DNA of 64,000 bases from the NCBI GenBank assembly GCA_022821845.1, contig JAJECT010000024.1, positions 2,393 to 66,392 of the forward strand, in the 5' to 3' direction. The notes beneath the pieces were generated by a model that saw nothing but the letters and a program-made list of their open reading frames with translations, made no database searches and had not been told where the DNA came from. Each line of letters begins with the position of its first letter. Position 1 is the stretch's first letter. Positions 59,559-64,000 of the stretch are shown here, piece by piece. A program made the translations under genes and the position numbers. This DNA is from Rhodothermales bacterium (GTDB lineage Bacteria > Bacteroidota > Rhodothermia > Rhodothermales > VXPQ01).

Positions 59559-62333
59559 TTAAAAGCGGTAGTTGAGTCCCAGGCTGATTCTTCGCGGGGC
59601 GCCGAAAAATTCCTGTCGGTAGAACCACTCGTCGATGGTGTTCAGGCCGCCCACTTCGCCGCCCGTGCGGCGCAGCCGCTCCAGTTCCACGGACTCGTCG
59701 GCGCGGCCCGTGTCGGAATACACGTTGACTTCCTGCTCGATGTCGAACAGATTCTGCACTTGCAAGAAGAGCTGGACGTTCGGGCCAAGGAACGGCGGCT
59801 TGTAGTACGCGCGCACGTCCGTGCCGTACGTAATCGGCCGCGCAGCGTTGTTTTTAAGGGTGGACACGACGTTGTCGCGAATCGTGGTGTACGGGGTGCC
59901 GCTCTGGAAACGGTTGATGAGCGTGAGGTTCAGCCCGCTGACCGGATTGATTGTGACCGTGTTGTTGAGCACGTGGCGGCGATCCCAATCGAGCCGAACG
60001 AGGGAAAGAATGGCCTCCAGACCCGATTGCTGCCGCCCGAACGCCTCCCCGGGACTCGACGAGGTGCCCTCGGCGAATTGCAACGTGTAGTCCAGGGTCC
60101 AGCTCAGCCGGCCGCCGGGACGCTGAAAAAGCGAGAAGGTCATGCCGCGAATGGTGCCGAAGTCCCGATTGATCCAGCGAATGGCGAAGTCGCCGTTGGG
60201 ATTGCGCAAAATGTCCTGTCCGGTGAGGTTGCGCACGTCTTTCGAAAAGATCGTCAGTTCCAGTCCGACATCGTCCGTCAACCCCTGTTGCAGCCCCACT
60301 TCGAAGGAAAGCGTGCGTTCCGGTTTGAGATTCGGGTTGCCGAAACTGTTCACGCTGGACGTCGGGTTGATTTCGTATTCGGGATTGGAATACAAAATGC
60401 TGAACGCCGGCACCTGAAAGAACAGCCCCGCCGAGAACCGCATCACGCCCGTCGCCGAAATGGGAAAGGCGATGCCTACGCGGGGGCTGAACTGGTATTG
60501 CACAGGCGCCTTTTCCCGATTCGAAATCGAGGCGGACGGATTGGACGGATCGGGAATATCCGTCAGGTTCGCCTGCTGCCAATCCAGGGGAATCAGGTAG
60601 TCCGGGTCGAAATAATCGAAGCGCAGGCCCACATTCGCAATCAGGCCCGTGAATTCCATTTTGTCCTGGACGTAGGCCGAAAATTCCTTCGGAGACGTAT
60701 TGAGGCTGTTGTCGCCCCACATGTCCGGCGAAGGCTGGGGAAGATTGCCGGTCCGGAAGGACTTTTCAATGCCGAAATCCCGATTGTCGAGGTTGTGCAG
60801 CCGGAGCAGAAAACCCGTTTTCACCAGGTGCACCCGCGTCGCCTGGCGGGTGTAGTCGCCGACGATGCTATGGGTGGCGGTAAGCTGGTCGCTGGTGTTC
60901 AAATCGTTGCCGCCCACCGCAAAGGCGAACTGGCCTTGCAGGGAACCCAGCTGGCTCGACTGGTAGCGCGAATCGGTAGGATCCTCGTAGAGGCGCACGT
61001 CGGTTTTGTCGTGCAGGTAGCTATAGGACAGGTTGGCGAAAGACCGGTTGTCTACGGTCCAGCGCAGCCCGGCGATGTGCGTCTGGTTCAGAAATTCGAC
61101 CTGGTTGATGCCGTCCGGAACGTATTTGCGGAAATGACTGAACGGATCGAAGGTGCCGCCCTGGAAAAAGAAGTTGTAATCGACCTTGAATTTCGGGGTA
61201 ATCCGAAACCCGACCGTGCCGTTCACCGACAGGCGTTCCGTACGGTTGCGGGAGGTGAAATCGCCGTCGCCCGTGGATTCCACAAGCCATGCTTCGGGCG
61301 GCAGCCCGGTATTCAGGTTGGCCGACGAGTCGGAGGGCGAAAAAAGGTCGCGCCCGATGAAATGGGAATGATCCCGCAGATACCGCACCGAAGCTTGCAG
61401 CCCAAGCCGGTCCCGAAGCAACGGGCCGCCCAGCGACGCCTGCGCGTCGACGATGTTGGGGAATGCGGCGGCCTCGGTGTAGCTATAGCGCTCGGACACG
61501 AAATCGGAGGGCGCGAGAAAAGTCCCCGGCTCCACGGTGCGGTTCAGAAACTCCAACTCGCGGTTGCTCACGATAGCCCCCGCGTAACTCAGGAACGAGC
61601 CGGACCAGCGGTCGGGCAAGTCTTTCGTTACAATATTCACCACGCCCGACAGCGCCTGCCCGTACTCTGCGTTGAACACGCCGCTAATGACCTCCAGGCT
61701 CGACACCATGTTTTGTTCTACGTCGAACGAGGCCGTCTGGCTGAAGGCGTTGTTGATGGGCACCCCGTTCACGAGATACGCCACTTCGCCGATGCGCCCG
61801 CCCCGGAAATGGCCGTCCACCACCCCGGCTTGCAAGTTGATGACGTCCCCGATGTTCGTGATGGGCAAGGCTTCGAGCTGCTCGCTATCGACCACCGCCT
61901 TGGTGGTCGTGCGGTCCATCTCGACGATGGGGCGCTCTGCGATCACGACCACTTCCTCGCCCTCGATAATTTCCTCGCGCAGCGCAAAGTCCACGGTGGT
62001 GGTATTGTCCTGCACGACCTTGACGTTCTCCACCGTAACCGTCGCGAATCCGATGAACGAGGCCTGCACGGCGTACGCGCCGGGCGGCACGTTCAGGATA
62101 AAGTAATAGCCGTCCGCATCCGTAGTCCCGCCTTGCACGGTGCCCGCGATCACCACATTCACGCCCGGAAGCGGGTCTCCCGTGGCGGCCTCCGTGACGC
62201 GGCCCGATATTTTTCCGGTGGGCCCGGACGGCGCCGCGAACGCCGCTGCGGACAGCGAAGCCATCGCGCAAACAACCAGCGGCAGAACGGCCAGCCACAG
62301 ACGATTATATGTAAATCGCGCGCAAGGGATCAT
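59559..62333 (-). CDS. TonB-dependent receptor with N-terminal CarboxypepD_reg domain
   Basis: Start refined to MIPCARFTYNRLWLAVLPLVV. GKISGRVTEAATGDPLPGVNVVIAGT...DADGYYFILNVPPGAY (CarboxypepD_reg), then plug and 22-strand barrel. C-terminal ...LGLNYRF. Confidence 0.9.
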   Translation of the reverse strand: MIPCARFTYNRLWLAVLPLVVCAMASLSAAAFAAPSGPTGKISGRVTEAATGDPLPGVNVVIAGTVQGGTTDADGYYFILNVPPGAYAVQASFIGFATVTVENVKVVQDNTTTVDFALREEIIEGEEVVVIAERPIVEMDRTTTKAVVDSEQLEALPITNIGDVINLQAGVVDGHFRGGRIGEVAYLVNGVPINNAFSQTASFDVEQNMVSSLEVISGVFNAEYGQALSGVVNIVTKDLPDRWSGSFLSYAGAIVSNRELEFLNRTVEPGTFLAPSDFVSERYSYTEAAAFPNIVDAQASLGGPLLRDRLGLQASVRYLRDHSHFIGRDLFSPSDSSANLNTGLPPEAWLVESTGDGDFTSRNRTERLSVNGTVGFRITPKFKVDYNFFFQGGTFDPFSHFRKYVPDGINQVEFLNQTHIAGLRWTVDNRSFANLSYSYLHDKTDVRLYEDPTDSRYQSSQLGSLQGQFAFAVGGNDLNTSDQLTATHSIVGDYTRQATRVHLVKTGFLLRLHNLDNRDFGIEKSFRTGNLPQPSPDMWGDNSLNTSPKEFSAYVQDKMEFTGLIANVGLRFDYFDPDYLIPLDWQQANLTDIPDPSNPSASISNREKAPVQYQFSPRVGIAFPISATGVMRFSAGLFFQVPAFSILYSNPEYEINPTSSVNSFGNPNLKPERTLSFEVGLQQGLTDDVGLELTIFSKDVRNLTGQDILRNPNGDFAIRWINRDFGTIRGMTFSLFQRPGGRLSWTLDYTLQFAEGTSSSPGEAFGRQQSGLEAILSLVRLDWDRRHVLNNTVTINPVSGLNLTLINRFQSGTPYTTIRDNVVSTLKNNAARPITYGTDVRAYYKPPFLGPNVQLFLQVQNLFDIEQEVNVYSDTGRADESVELERLRRTGGEVGGLNTIDEWFYRQEFFGAPRRISLGLNYRF

Positions 62334-62640
62334 GGCGACAGGATAGCGGCTACGCAATGGGCGGGCATGGGAATGCGAAGGATTGGGCGGCGCCTCGCGA
62401 TGCGCGCGGCGGGCGTTCCCGGCCTCAGGGCGTTGGGGGGCAGGGGATACGGTTGCTTGCATGGCGCCTGAATCCCGAACGGAATCTGATTCCAGAAGCA
62501 ACACAATAAGATAATTATGGATTACTTGCAAAAATAATATTTGAAATGGTTCGGATTTCCCGGATTAGCCAGGGAAGGGAGCGGGCGAATGTACGCAAAT
62601 CAGGGCGCGTTTGGGTATTTTCAGGGCGCTGCAAGGCAAC

Positions 62641-62790
62641 TATGCGTTTTTTGCATGAAAAGGCCCTTGTCTATGCGTTTTTTGCATAGAGAAGCGTTTG
62701 CCTATGTGCTTTTTGCATAGAAGACGTGTTTGTCTATGCGTTTTTTGCATAAAAATACTTGTGTCTATGCAATTTTTGCATAATAGAGCC
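62641..62790 (+). repeat. five tandem 31/32-bp units, each carrying a TATGC-N7-GCATA palindrome
   Basis: Units start at 62641, 62672, 62703, 62735 and 62766, for example TATGCGTTTTTTGCATAGAGAAGCGTTTGCC. Lies in the divergent intergenic region between the TonB receptor (start 62333) and the methyltransferase (start 62943). Confidence 0.7.
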
Positions 62791-62942
62791 TGGCCAAGTC
62801 CGCGTTGTATGCCGCAAGGCGCTGGCGCGCCGGACGAAAGGTTTTGATCGGCGCGGCCTTGACAATCTCGTGGCGGACGGCGTATACTACAGGCCGAAAA
62901 CGACGCGCCCGCCGCTATCCTGCATTTATGCCCGCTTGATTT

Positions 62943-63962
62943 ATGGCCCTTTCGTCCGCAAAACGATCCGCCGCTCGTTCTATCGCTGCGAACGGCGTAC
63001 AATCCGTTGTAAACGAGTACGACGAGATCTACGCCGAAGGATTGGAGACCAGGAAAAAACGTTATCAGTCCTTCGTCAACAACTACTACGACCTCGTAAC
63101 CGATTTTTACGAATTCGGCTGGGGGCAATCCTTTCACTTCGCCCCCCGGCGCCGGGGCGAACGGTTCAAGGCGTCGCTGCTCAGGCACCAGCGTTACCTT
63201 GCGGATACGCTGTCCCTGAAACCGGAGATGCAGGTGCTGGACGCAGGATGCGGCGTCGGAGGCCCCATGGGCAATATGGCTCGCTGGACCGGCGCCCGCT
63301 TCGTCGGCGTCAACAACAACGCGTATCAGATCGAGCGCGCCAGGAAGCATACCGGGGACGTCCGCTCGCTATGCCGATTCCTGCACGCCGACTACATGAA
63401 TATCCCCGAGGGCGACCATGCCTACGACGCGGCCTTCGCGATCGAATCCATGCCGCACGCGCCCGACAAAACAGCGGCGTTTCGGGAAATTTTTCGCGTA
63501 CTGCGGCCAGGAGCCCGGTTTGCGGGCTACGAGTGGTGTCTTACCGAGCGTTTCGACCCCGAGGACCCGGAGCATTTGCGCATCAAACACGATATCATGG
63601 TAGGAGACGCGCTCCCGGACATTTCCAGTCCGTCTGACATTTGCAGCGCGTTGCGCGACGCCGGTTTCGAACTGCTCGAAGCCCGCGACCTCGCCCCCGA
63701 ATCGGATCCGGAAACGCCGTGGTACCGCGCCCTGCAAGGCCGCGACTTCTCCCTTGCGAGCATTCCGCGTACGCCTGCCGGCCGCGCCCTGACGAATCTG
63801 ACCTTGCGGGTTGGCGAACGGCTGCGTCTGGTCCCGCAGGGATCGAGGGCTGTCAGCACATTGCTCAATGCAGCAGCCGACGCGCTGGTCAAAGGGGGCG
63901 AACACGGTGTTTTTACGCCCATGTTTCTGTTTGTGGCGCGTAAACCCGGAAAGGCGGAATGA
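62943..63962 (+). CDS. sterol 24-C-methyltransferase (Erg6/SMT) family SAM-dependent methyltransferase
   Basis: Collinear over its full length with eukaryotic SMT1/Erg6 as I recall them: YYDLVTDFYEFGWGQSFHF, VLDAGCGVGGP, NNNAYQIERA, YEWCLTERFDPEDPEH, and C-terminal FTPMFLFVARKP (Sterol_MT_C signature). Confidence 0.85.
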   Translation: MALSSAKRSAARSIAANGVQSVVNEYDEIYAEGLETRKKRYQSFVNNYYDLVTDFYEFGWGQSFHFAPRRRGERFKASLLRHQRYLADTLSLKPEMQVLDAGCGVGGPMGNMARWTGARFVGVNNNAYQIERARKHTGDVRSLCRFLHADYMNIPEGDHAYDAAFAIESMPHAPDKTAAFREIFRVLRPGARFAGYEWCLTERFDPEDPEHLRIKHDIMVGDALPDISSPSDICSALRDAGFELLEARDLAPESDPETPWYRALQGRDFSLASIPRTPAGRALTNLTLRVGERLRLVPQGSRAVSTLLNAAADALVKGGEHGVFTPMFLFVARKPGKAE

Positions 63963-64000
63963 AGTACGTTTTCGACCCGGAAATCCTCCACGAGGCGGCC
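63959..64000 (+). CDS. 5' end of an unidentified gene translationally coupled to the methyltransferase
   Basis: The ATG overlaps the upstream stop (GAATGA). It reads MKYVFDPEILHEAA... and then runs off the window. Confidence 0.3.
   Translation, partial: MKYVFDPEILHEAA

Noticed and set aside
62641-62790. Possible CRISPR array
   Set aside because: The units are contiguous at 31-32 bp with no unique spacers between them, and there are no cas genes. It is better described as a tandem operator-like repeat.
62640-63350. 236-aa minus-strand ORF containing repeated MQKTHRQ peptides
   Set aside because: The peptide repeats are just the translation of the 31-bp DNA repeat array. The rest of the ORF is antisense to the well-supported methyltransferase gene.

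Overview
High-GC (roughly 60-65% G+C by eye) chromosomal segment. It most likely comes from a Bacteroidota/Rhodothermota-type organism: three proteins end in T9SS-type sorting domains, and there is a PorV/PorQ homolog, a CarboxypepD_reg-type TonB receptor and two TAT-signal Gfo/Idh/MocA oxidoreductases. Core genes: glpK (3' end), glpF, tRNA-Ser(UGA), a TolC/MacA/MacB efflux set with its two FtsX-type permeases on the opposite strand, sulfatase, uvrA, smc, an N-domain-less clpB plus GNAT, uxuA, glutamine-dependent nadE, zwf, ppk2, a GH10/GH5 glycan-degradation cluster, a CBM9/DUF5916-type outer-membrane protein, and a TonB receptor / giant Ca-binding secreted protein / PorV / SurA-like PPIase cluster. 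The window ends with an Erg6/SMT-type sterol C-24 methyltransferase homolog. Accessory or unusual content, all inferred from the sequence alone: (1) a mosaic region at about 31.7-39.4 kb. It holds single-gene modules (esterase, Fic, a very AT-rich membrane protein preceded by a polyproline mini-ORF, an HsdR_N-like nuclease-fold protein) separated by phased GGCCA-type repeat blocks, plus a compact ABC-type ATPase + Toprim-like two-gene operon that resembles OLD/PARIS-type defence modules. (2) A 2.7-kb low-GC insertion at 46.4-49.0 kb encoding a secreted Cys-rich-repeat/M15A peptidase and a signal-peptide helical-repeat partner, a candidate effector-immunity pair. (3) A roughly 260-bp MITE-like element family: two full inverted copies and two short derivatives. 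(4) A 31-bp-periodic array of TATGC-N7-GCATA palindromes in two promoter regions. Many very long antisense ORFs in the track are GC-bias artefacts and are not called. All functional calls rest on motif recognition by eye; no database search was run.
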